From the NCBI GenBank assembly GCA_964016885.1, contig OZ024740.1, positions 420,980,001-421,044,000 of the forward strand: a stretch of 64,000 nt of DNA. Direction: 5' to 3'. Below the pieces are notes generated by a model that saw nothing but the letters and a program-made list of their open reading frames with translations, did not search any database and had not been told where the DNA came from. Below, one piece after another: positions 25,171 through 36,231 of this stretch (the first letter of the stretch is position 1; each line of letters starts with the position of its first letter). Position numbers and translations under genes: made by a program. The DNA is from Eledone cirrhosa. Taxonomy: Eukaryota.

Positions 25171-25509
25171 CAATAGATAGTTGGAGAGTGGCAGACAAAG
25201 GTCTTGTTGAGTGGTATGTGTGTGTTATATTTATGTATATATATATGTGTGTATGTGTTATATTTATGTATATGTGTGTGTATGTATATTTATATACATG
25301 TATGTATATTATTCACTTTTCAACCTGTCTAATTCTTCCCACATTTAACCACACATTTTCAACTTTCTATAAAGGAACATTTTATTATATTTTCTCACAA
25401 CTAAATTTAAATGTCTGAAGCCATAAAATTATTTTCTTTTTTCTCAAATAATTGGCAATATTTTCATGTTACTTTTTAAAAAATTGTTTTCCTAGTTTCA
25501 GTAAATCAA

Positions 25510-26607
25510 GTGTGACCATGTTAATGACCTCCTTTTAGACTATAGTCAACTGAAGTGTGACCATGTATGTGTACCTCCTTTTAGACTATAGTCAACTGAA
25601 GTGTGACCATGTATGTGTACCTCCTTTTAGACTATAGTCAACTGAAGTGTGACCATGTATGTGTACCTCCTTTTAGACTATAGTCAACTGAAGTGTGACC
25701 ATGTATGTGTACCACCTTTTAGACTATAGTCAACTGAAGTGTGACCATGTATGTGTACCACCTTTTAGACTATAATCAACTGAAGTGTGACCATGTATGT
25801 GTACCTCCTTTTAGACTATAGTCAACTGAAGTGTGACCATGTATGTGTACCACCTTTTAGACTATAGTCAACTGAAGTGTGACCATGTATGTGTACCACC
25901 TTTTAGACTATAGTCAACTGAAGTGTGACCATGTATGTGTACCACCTTTTAGACTATAGTCAACTGAAGTGTGACCATGTATGTGTACCTCCTTTTAGAC
26001 TATAGTCAACTGAAGTGTGACCATGTATGTGTACCACCTTTTAGACTATAGTCAACTGAAGTGTGACCATGTATGTGTACCTCCTTTTAGACTATAGTCA
26101 ACTGAAGTGTGACCATGTATGTGTACCTCCTTTTAGACTATAGTCAACTGAAGTGTGACCATGTATGTGTACCACCTTTTAGACTATAGTCAACTGAAGT
26201 GTGACCATGTATGTGTACCTCCTTTTAGACTATAGTCAACTGAAGTGTGACCATGTATGTGTACCACCTTTTAGACTATAGTCAACTGAAGTGTGACCAT
26301 GTATGTGTACCACCTTTTAGACTATAGTCAACTGAAGTGTGACCATGTATGTGTACCACCTTTTAGACTATAGTCAACTGAAGTGTGACCATGTATGTGT
26401 ACCACCTTTTAGACTATAGTCAACTGAAGTGTGACCATGTATGTGTACCTCCTTTTAGACTATAGTCAACTGAAGTGTGACCATGTATGTGTACCACCTT
26501 TTAGACTATAGTCAACTGAAGTCTGACCATGTATGTGTACCTCCTTTTAGACTATAGTCAACTGAAGTCTGACCATGTATGTGTACCTCCTTTTAGACTA
26601 TAGTCAA
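25510..26607. repeat. 46-bp minisatellite, about 24 copies
   Basis: Unit gtgtgaccatgtatgtgtacc(t/a)ccttttagactatagtcaactgaa; period 46 (25601, 25647). Confidence 0.97.
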
Positions 26608-26675
26608 ATGCATAATCAACTTTCAAGAGTGAAAAATGAAGTTAGCCTGTATATGTGTGTGTATGTGTGTTTATG

Positions 26676-26734
<59 letters not shown>

Positions 26735-26806
26735 ATATATATATATATATATATAGTATATTAAAAACATTTTTTTTTAAATTTTCGCTCTACATGGCTG
26801 AATACA

Positions 26807-27214
26807 ATAAATGTAATCTGAGTTTTTCAAATATTAATAATAACATTCGATTCGTTGAGAAACAAGCCTCATTTTAACGCCATTTATCACTCGTAAACAG
26901 GATACTGACTGGCTAGTCTGATGATATACTGATCTGACTGATCAGCAGTCTGCTAATATGCAAATCAGGCCAATCAGTCACTAGAAAATAGCATATATTT
27001 TCACTAGCTCTGACAGTTGGCAGGTGAGTGGTGAGCTGTACTGATGAAGGGTAATACCCAGAAACAGTGTCTGCAGTTCTGTTTACATGCCAATACAAGA
27101 GTAAGAATGAAGGGTTCATTCTACTGACATGGCTTTAAAAATGAGGCTTGTTTGCATAATTGCAAACGTATCGAATGTTATTATTAATATTCGAAACACT
27201 CAGATTACATTTAT
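26807..27214. mobile_element. Foldback element with arms of about 80 bp enclosing two hammerhead motifs
   Basis: Arms 26807-26883 and 27129-27214 (ataaatgtaatctgagt..atattaataataacattcgat..aaacaagcctcatttt..gccat and its reverse complement). (TA)n tracts on both sides. Confidence 0.8.
27033..27079 (+). ncRNA. Type I hammerhead ribozyme motif
   Basis: Stem I gagctgta/tgcagttc (8 bp, 2 G-U), core CTGATGA 27041-27047, stem II gggt-aat-accc, GAAAC 27061-27065, short stem III, GUC triplet at 27069-27071. Confidence 0.75.
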
Positions 27215-27416
27215 CATATATATATATATATATATAGGAAAATGTTTAACCCCGACGGCAGAGCTCAAGCCGTTTCAGTGGCTATTTCTGGACTAAATTA
27301 GAATTTTTAACGTGGTAAATAAATATATAATATATATATATATATACACACACATATAATTTAGTTTTTCAAGCTATTTTGATAAACATTTCAATGTTCC
27401 CTTTATTTCATTTCAG

Positions 27417-27519
27417 GTCGGAGTAGTAAGAAAATACCTAGAAAAAGATCAAACTTTAAAGGTGAATGATCTTAAGGATGCAAATGCCTTACTTGATGGG
27501 GGTGATGTTCTCTTCACTG
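27417..27519 (+). CDS. DDAH: Internal exon of dimethylarginine dimethylaminohydrolase (DDAH-like)
   Basis: Polypyrimidine tract and tttcag acceptor; phase 0 start; translates [34 protein letters not shown](G); donor g|gtaagt in phase 1. Matches human DDAH1 [34 protein letters not shown] as I recall it. Absent from the ORF track. Confidence 0.9.
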
Positions 27520-27685
27520 GTAAGTACTTTCTGATCCCTATATACTGTCTCATGTTTTGGTTTGGGTGTTGTTTCAGGGGATGATGGGAGATCTGACCTT
27601 CTTTGAGGAGTTACACTAAAAGGCTTGGCAGAAAAGTTCATAGGCTGACTATGAAGAATTGATGCTAAAGCTGTGAAATCTTGTA

Positions 27686-30600
27686 TGTAAAGTGGTTGTG
27701 CGAGTGTCTTGACAAAAAGCACCCAGAACACACTGTAAAGTGGTCATGTAGATGTCACAACAAAAAGCACCCAGCACACACTGTAAAGTGGTTGTGTAGG
27801 TGTTACAACAGAAAGCACCCAGAACACACTGTAAAGTGGTCATGTAGATGTCACAACAAAAAGCACCCAGCACACACTGTAAAGTGGTTGTGTAGGTGTT
27901 ACAACAGAAAGCACCCAGAACACACTGTAAAGTGGTCATGTAGTGTTACAACAGAAAGCACCCAGCACACACTGTAAAGTGGTTGTGTAGGTGTTACAAC
28001 AGAAAGCACCCAGAACACGCTGTAAAGTGGTCATGTAGTGTTACAACAGAAAGCACCCAGCACACACTGTAAAGTGGTTGTGTAGGTGTTACAACAGAAA
28101 GCACCCAGAACACGCTGTAAAGTGGTCATGTAGTGTTACAACAGAAAGCACCCAGCACACACTGTAAAGTGGTTGTGTAGGTGTTACAACAGAAAGCACC
28201 CAGAACACGCTGTAAAGTGGTCATGTAGTGTTACAACAGAAAGCACCCAGCACACACTGTAAAGTGGTTGTGTAGGTGTTACAACAGAAAGCACCCAGAA
28301 CACACTGTAAAGTCGTCATGTAGATGTCACAACAAAAAGTACCCAGCACACACTGTAAAGTCGTCATGTAGTGTTACAACAGAAAGCACCCAGCATACAC
28401 TGTAAAGTGGTTGTGTAGGTGTTACAACAGAAAGCACCCAGAACACACTGTAAAGTCGTCATGTAGATGTCACAACAAAAAGCACCCAGCACACACTGTA
28501 AAGTCGTCATGTAGTGTTACAACAGAAAGCACCCAGCACACACTGTAAAGTGGTTGTGTAGGTCTTACAACAGAAAGCACCCAGCACACACTGTAAAGTG
28601 GTTGTGTAGGTGTTACAACAGAAAGCACCCAGCACACACTGTAAAGTGGTTGTGTAGATGTTACAACAGAAAGCACCCAGCACACACTGTAAAGTGGTTG
28701 TGTAGGTGTTACAACAGAAAGCACCGAGCACACACTGTAAAGTGGTTGTGTAGATGTTACAACAGAAAGCACCCAGCACACACTGTAAAGTGGTTGTGTA
28801 GGTGTTACAACAGAAAGCACCCAGCACACACTGTAAAGTGGTTGTGTCGGTGTTACAACAGAAAGCACTCAGAACACACTGTAAAGTCGTCATGTAGTGT
28901 TACAACAGAAAGCACCCAGAACACACTGTAAAGTGGTCATGTAGTGTTACAACAGAAAGCACCCATCACACACTGTAAAGTGGTTGTGTAGGTGTTACAA
29001 CAAAAAGCACCCAGACCACACTGTAAAGTGGTTGTGTAGGTGTTACAACAGAAAGCACCCAGCACACACTGTAAAGTGGTTGTGTAGGTGTTACAACAGA
29101 AAGCACCCAGCATACACTGTAAAGTCGTCATATAGTGTTACAACAGAAAGCACCCATCATACACTGTAAAGTGGTTGTGTAGGTGTTACAACAGAAAGCA
29201 CGCAGCACACACTGTAAAGTGGTTGTGTAGGTGTTACAACAGAAAGCACCCAGCACACACTGTAAAGTCGTCATGTAGTGTTACAACAGAAAGCACCCAG
29301 CACACACTGTAAAGTGTTTGTGTAGGTGTTACAACAGAAAGCACCCAGCACACACTGTAAAGTGGTTGTGTAGGTGTTACAACAGAAAGCACCCAGCATA
29401 CACTGTAAAGTGGTTGTGTAGGTGTTACAACAGAAAGCACCCAGCATACACTGTAAAGTGGTTGTGTAGGTGTTACAACAGAAAGCACCCAGCATACACT
29501 GTAAAGTGGTTGTGTAGGTGTTACAACAGAAAGCACCCAGCACACACTGTAAAGTGGTTGTGTAGATGTTACAACAGAAAGCACCCAGCATACACTGTAA
29601 AGTGGTTGTGTAGGTGTTACAACAGAAAGCACCCAGCATACACTGTACAGTCGTCATGTAGTGTTACAACAGAAAGCACCCAGCATACACTGTAAAGTGG
29701 TTGTGTAGGTGTTACAACAGAAAGCACCCAGCACACACTGTAAAGTCGTGATGTAGATGTTACAACAGAAAGCACCCAGCACACACTGTAAAGTGGTTGT
29801 GTAGGTGTTACAACAGAAAGCACCCAGCACACACTGTAAAGTCGTCATGTAGGTGTCACAACAGAAAGCACCCAGCACACACTGTAAAGTGGTTGTGTAG
29901 ATGTTACAACAGAAAGCACCCAGCACACACTGTAAAGTGGTTGTGTAGGTGTTACAACAGAAAGCACCCAGCACACACTGTAAAGTCGTCATGTAGTGTT
30001 ACAACAGAAAGCACCCAGAACACACTGTAAAGTGGTCATGTAGTGTTACAACAGAAAGCACCCAGCACACACTGTAAAGTGGTTGTGTAGGTGTTACAAC
30101 AAAAAGCACCCAGACCACACTGTAAAGTGGTTGTGTAGGTCTTAAAACAGCAAGCACCCAGCGCACACTGTAAAGTGGTTGTGTAGGTGTTACAACAAAA
30201 AGCACCCAGACCACACTGTAAAGTGGTTGTGTAGGTGTTAAAACAGCAAGCACCCAGCACACACTGTAAACTGGTCATGTAGGTGTTACAACAGAAAGCA
30301 CCCAGCACACACTGTAAAGTGGTTGTGTAGGTGTTACAACAGAAAGCACCCAGCATACACTGTAAAGTGGTTGTGTAGGTGTTACAACAGAAAGCACCCA
30401 GCATACACTGTAAAGTGGTTGTGTAGGTGTTACAACAGAAAGCACGCAGCACACACTGTAAAGTGGTTGTGTAGGTGTTACAACAGAAAGCACCCAGCAC
30501 ACACTGTAAAGTTGTCATGTAGTGTTACAACAGAAAGCACCCAGCATACACTGTACAGTCGTCATGTAGTGTTACAACAGAAAGCACCCAGCATACACTG

Positions 30601-33600
30601 TAAAGTGGTTGTGTAGGTGTTACAACAGAAAGCACCCAGCACACACTGTAAAGTGGTTGTGTAGGTGTTACAACAGAAAGCACCCAGCACACACTGTAAA
30701 GTCGTCATGTAGTGTTACAACAGAAAGCACCCAGCACACACTGTAAAGTCGTGATGTAGGTGTTACAACAGAAAGCACCCAGCACACACTGTAAAGTGGT
30801 TGTTTAGGTGTTACAACAGAAAGCACCCAGCATACACTGTAAAGTGGTTGTGTAGGTGTTACAACAGAAAGCACCCAGCATACACTGTAAAGTGGTTGTG
30901 TAGGTGTTACAACAGAAAGCACCCAGCATACACTGTAAAGTGGTTGTGTAGGTGTTACAACAGAAAGCACCCAGCACACACTGTAAAGTGGTTGTGTAGG
31001 TGTTACAACAGAAAGCACCCAGCACACACTATAAAGTGGTTGTGTAGGTGTTACAACAGAAAGCACCCAGCACACACTGTAAAGTGGTTGTGTAGGTGTC
31101 ACAACAGAAAGCACCCAGCATACACTGTACTGTGGTTGTGTAGGTGTTACAACAGAAAGCACCCAGCACACACTATAAAGTGGTTGTGTAGGTGTTACAA
31201 CAGAAAGCACCCAGCATACACTGTAAAGTGGTTGTGTAGGTGTTACAACAGAAAGCACCCAGCATACACTGTAAAGTGGTTGTGTAGGTGTTACAACAGA
31301 AAGCACCCAGCATACACTGTAAAGTGGTTGTGTAGGTGTTACAACAGAAAGCACCCAGCATACACTGTAAAGTGGTTGTGTAGATGTTACAACAGAAAGC
31401 ACCCAGCACACACTGTAAGGTGGTTGTGTAGGTGTTACAACAGAAAGCACCCAGCATACACTGTAAAGTGGTTGTGTAGATGTTACAACAGAAAGCACCC
31501 AGCATACACTGTAAAGTGGTTGTGTAGATGTTACAACAGAAAGCACCCAGCACACACTGTAAAGTGGTTGTGTAGGTGTTACAACAGAAAGCACCCAGCA
31601 TACACTGTAAAGTCGTCATGTAGTGTTACAACAGAAAGCACCCAGCACACACTGTAAAGTCGTCATGTAGTGTTACAACAGAAAGCACCCAGCACACACT
31701 GTAAAGTCGTCATGTAGTGTTACAACAGAAAGGACCCAGCACACACTGTAAAGTCGTCATGTAGTGTTACAACAGAAAGCACCCAGCACACACTGTAAAG
31801 TGGTTGTGTAGGTGTTACAACAGAAAGCACCCAGCACACACTGTAAAGTCATGTAGTGTTACAACAGAAAGCACCCAGCATACACTGTAAAGTGGTTGTG
31901 TAGGTGTTACAACAGAAAGCACCCAGCACACACTGTAAAGTGGTTGTGTAGATGTTACAACAGAAAGCACCCAGCACACACTGTAAAGTGGTTGTGTAGG
32001 TGTTACAACAGAAAGCACCCAGCACACACTGTAAAGTGGTTGTGTAGGTGTTATAACAGAAAGCACCCAGCATACACTGTAAAGTCGTCATGTAGTGTTA
32101 CAACAGAAAGCACCCAGCATACACTGTAAAGTGGTTGTGTAGGTGTTACAACAGAAAGCACCCAGCACACACTGTACTGTGGTTGTGTAGGTGTTACAAC
32201 AGAAAGCACCCAGCACACACTGTAAAGTCGTCATGTAGTGTTACAACAGAAAGCACCCAGCACACACTGTAAAGTCGTGATGTAGGTGTTACAACAGAAA
32301 GCACCCAGCACACACTGTAAAGTGGTTGTGTACGTGTTACAACAGAAAGCACCCAGCACACACTGTAAAGTGGTTGTGTAGGTGTTACAACAGAAAGCAC
32401 CCAGCATACACTGTAAAGTGGTTGTGTAGGTGTTACAACAGAAAGCACCCAGCATACACTGTAAAGTGGTTGTGTAGGTGTTACAACAGAAAGCACCCAG
32501 CACACACTGTAAAGTGGTTGTGTAGATGTTACAACAGAAAGCACCCAGCACACACTGTAAAGTGGTTGTGTAGGTGTTACAACAGAAAGCACCCAGCACA
32601 CACTGTAAAGTGGTTGTGTAGGTGTTATAACAGAAAGCACCCAGCATACACTGTAAAGTCGTCATGTAGTGTTACAACAGAAAGCACCCAGCATACACTG
32701 TAAAGTGGTTGTGTAGGTGTTACAACAGAAAGCACCCAGCACACACTGTACTGTGGTTGTGTAGGTGTTACAACAGAAAGCACCCAGCACACACTGTAAA
32801 GTCGTCATGTAGTGTTACAACAGAAAGCACCCAGCACACACTGTAAAGTCGTGATGTAGGTGTTACAACAGAAAGCACCCAGCACACACTGTAAAGTGGT
32901 TGTGTAGGTGTTACAACAGAAAGCACCCAGCACACACTGTAAAGTGGTTGTGTAGGTGTTACAACAGAAAGCACCCAGCATACACTGTAAAGTGGTTGTG
33001 TAGGTGTTACAACAGAAAGCACCCAGCATACACTGTAAAGTGGTTGTGTAGGTGTTACAACAGAAAGCACCCAGCACACACTGTAAAGTGGTTGTGTAGG
33101 TGTTACAACAGAAAGCACCCAGCACACACTATAAAGTGGTTGTGTAGGTGTTACAACAGAAAGCACCCAGCACACACTGTAAAGTGGTTGTGTAGGTGTT
33201 ACAACAGAAAGCACCCAGCACACACTGTAAAGTGGTTGTGTAGGTGTTACAACAGAAAGCACCCAGCACACACTATAAAGTGGTTGTGTAGGTGTTACAA
33301 CAGAAAGCACCCAGCACACACTGTAAAGTGGTTGTGTAGGTGTTACAACAGAAAGCACCCAGCACACACTGTAAAGTGGTTGTGTAGATGTTACAACAGA
33401 AAGCACCCAGCACACACTGTAAAGTGGTTGTGTAGGTGTTACAACAGAAAGCACCCAGCACACACTGTAAAGTGGTTGTGTAGTTACAACAGAAAGCATC
33501 CAGCACACACTGTAAAGTCGTCATGTAGTGTTACAACAGAAAGCACCCAGCACACACTGTAAAGTCGTCATATAGTGTTACAACAGAAAGCACCCAGCAC

Positions 33601-35137
33601 ACGCTGTAAAGTCGTCATGTAGTGTTACAACAGAAGGCACCCAGCACACACTGTAAAGTCGTCATGTAGTGTTACAACAGAAAGCACCCAGCACACACTG
33701 TAAAGTGGTTGTGTAGGTGTTACAACAGAAAGCACCCAGCACACACTGTAAAGTGGTTGTGTAGTTACAACAGAAAGCACCCAGCACACACTGTAAAGTC
33801 GTCATGTAGTGTTACAACAGAAAGCACCCAGCACACACTGTAAAGTCGTCATGTAGTGTTACAACAGAAAGCACCCAGCATACACTGTAAAGTGGTTGTG
33901 TAGATGTTACAACAGAAAGCACCCAGCACACACTGTAAAGTGGTTGTGTAGGTGTTACGACAGAAAGCACCCAGCACACACTGTAAAGTGGTCATGTAGT
34001 GTTACAACAGAAAGCACCCAGCATACACTGTAAAGTGGTTGTGTCAGTGTTACAGCAAGCACCCAGCACACACTGTAAAGTGGTTGTGTAGGTGTTACAA
34101 CAGAAAGCACCCAGCACACACTGTAAAGTGGTTGTGTAGGTGTTACAACAGAAAGCACCCAGCACACACTGTAAAGTGGTTGTGTAGGTGTTACAACAGA
34201 AAGCACCCAGCACACACTGTAAAGTGGTTGTGTAGGTGTTACAACAGAAAGCACCCAGCACACACTGTAAAGTCGTCATGTAGTGTTACAACAGAAAGCA
34301 CCCAGCATATACTGTAAAGTGGTTGTGTCGGTGTTACAACAGCAAGCACCCAGCACACACTGTAAAGTGGTTGTGTAGGTGTTACAACAGAAAGCACCCA
34401 GCACACACTGTAAAGTGGTTGTGTAGGTGTTACAACAGAAAGCACCCAGCACACACTGTAAAGTGTTTGTGTAGGTGTTACAACAGAAAGCACCCAGCAC
34501 ACACTGTAAAGTGTTTGTGTAGGTGTTACAACAGAAAGCACCCAGCACACACTGTAAAGTGTTTGTGTAGGTGTTACAACAGAAAGCACCCAGCACACAC
34601 TGTAAAGTGTTTGTGTAGGTGTTACAACAGAAAGCACCCAGCACACACTGTAAAGTGTTTGTGTAGGTGTTACAACAGAAAGCACCCAGCACACACTGTA
34701 AAGTGGTTGTGTAGGTGTTACAACAGAAAGCACCCAGCACACACTGTAAAGTGGTTGTGTAGGTGTTACAACAGAAAGCACCCAGCACACACTGTAAAGT
34801 GGTTGTGTAGATGTTACAACAGAAAGCACCCAGCACACACTGTAAAGTGTTTGTGTAGGTGTTACAACAGAAAGCACCCAGCACACACTGTAAAGTGGTT
34901 GTGTAGGTGTTACAACAGAAAGCACCCAGCACACACTGTAAAGTGGTTGTGTAGGTGTTACAACAGAAAGCACCCAGCACACACTGTAAAGTGGTTGTGT
35001 AGATGTTACAACAGAAAGCACCCAGCACACACTGTAAAGTGGTTGTGTAGGTGTTACAACAGAAAGCACCCAGCATACACTGTAAAGTGGTTGTGTCGGT
35101 GTTACAGCAAGCACCCAGCACACACTGTAAAGTGGTT
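27686..35137 (+). repeat. 47/48-bp minisatellite, about 7.45 kb and 155 copies, retroelement-derived
   Basis: Unit ctgtaaagtggttgtgtaggtgttacaacagaaagcacccagcacaca, with 47-bp variant ctgtaaagtcgtcatgtagtgttac... Copy number estimated from length/period. Confidence 0.98.
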
Positions 35138-35270
35138 GGTGTTAGGAAGGACATTCAACCATAGAAACATTTCTGTATGAGCAAGACAGTCACCTGACCT
35201 GACTTTCCTCAAACAGGGCCATCTATCTAACCCATGCTAGGACAATAGATGTTAAATGATATTGATGATG
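35138..35270 (+). mobile_element. RTE family-2-like 3' tail terminating the array
   Basis: ggtgttaggaaggacattcaaccatagaaac..tatgagcaagacagtcacctgacc..ctaacccatgctaggacaatagatgttaaatgatattgatgatg is colinear with 19589-19740. Confidence 0.85.
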
Positions 35271-35564
35271 GTGAACAATGAAAACAAAGAAGGCAAGGTT
35301 TAGTGCTTGATTAGTTCATTGTTTTATGATCATTTTGAAAGGGTGAATGAATCATTGAAATATCAATATATTGACTGTTCAATAGCAGTAACTCCATCAC
35401 TCTCCACACAATAGATCCATCTCACTGTTCTCATAATGGACAATGAACCAGAATCATTAGTCAGAATATATATATAAGCGTGGTGATGGACGTTAAATGA
35501 TGATGATGATGACAATGATATATATATATATATATATCAACTAGAAATCGATTGACATATATAC

Positions 35565-35826
35565 AATAAACATATGAAACAATCACAGGGGATAATTTGT
35601 AAAGAGTGTAAGCACACACAGCTAGGTAGGTAACTAATTAAAGTTTAACGAGAACTTCAAATATAGATACCTTTTAAAAATGTTTAATCTCTTTTGTATA
35701 TATTTCATTAAATAAAGAAATATATTTCACCTTTTAAAAAATCAAGTTAAACTTTATTTAGTTACCTACCTAGCTGTGTGTGATTACACTCTTTACAAAT
35801 TATCCCCTGTGATTGTTTCATATGTT

Positions 35827-35830
<4 letters not shown>
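35565..35830. repeat. Foldback with 85-bp inverted arms
   Basis: 35565-35649 versus 35746-35830, near-perfect reverse complements, between (TA)n tracts. Confidence 0.9.
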
Positions 35831-35889
<59 letters not shown>

Positions 35890-36231
35890 ATATTAGGATA
35901 GACATAATTGCTGCTCTCTGTTTTTATTTCATCAAAGATCTCTTTCTTCCCTCTAGTGGAAGTCAAATTTTAGGAAGTCTGTTACACATCTTATTTCAAA
36001 ATATGTTAGTTATTGTCATTTTATCACCCGCTCTATTGTCTTGAAATAACCTTTTAAAGTATCTAAAGCTGCAAACTATTTTCTTTGCACTTAATATTTA
36101 TTTATAGAAAAGGCCATATTAAAATATGTTGTTCATAAATAATTTCTTATCTGATTTCAATTTGTTTCTAGGAATTTCTGAAGTATTAAAATATTATTGT
36201 GGTCTTTAGCATCTGAAATTCTCTGAAGAGA

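Noticed and set aside
27612-27685. Possible mariner terminal fragment just before the 48-bp array
   Set aside because: Only a vague recalled resemblance (gaaaagttcataggctgac), with no partner TIR or TSD in the window.
36172-36209. Possible next DDAH exon after tttctag (ISEVLKYYCGL)
   Set aside because: In-frame TAG after CGL, no RTN motif and no donor site. The resemblance to EFFVGLS is probably chance.
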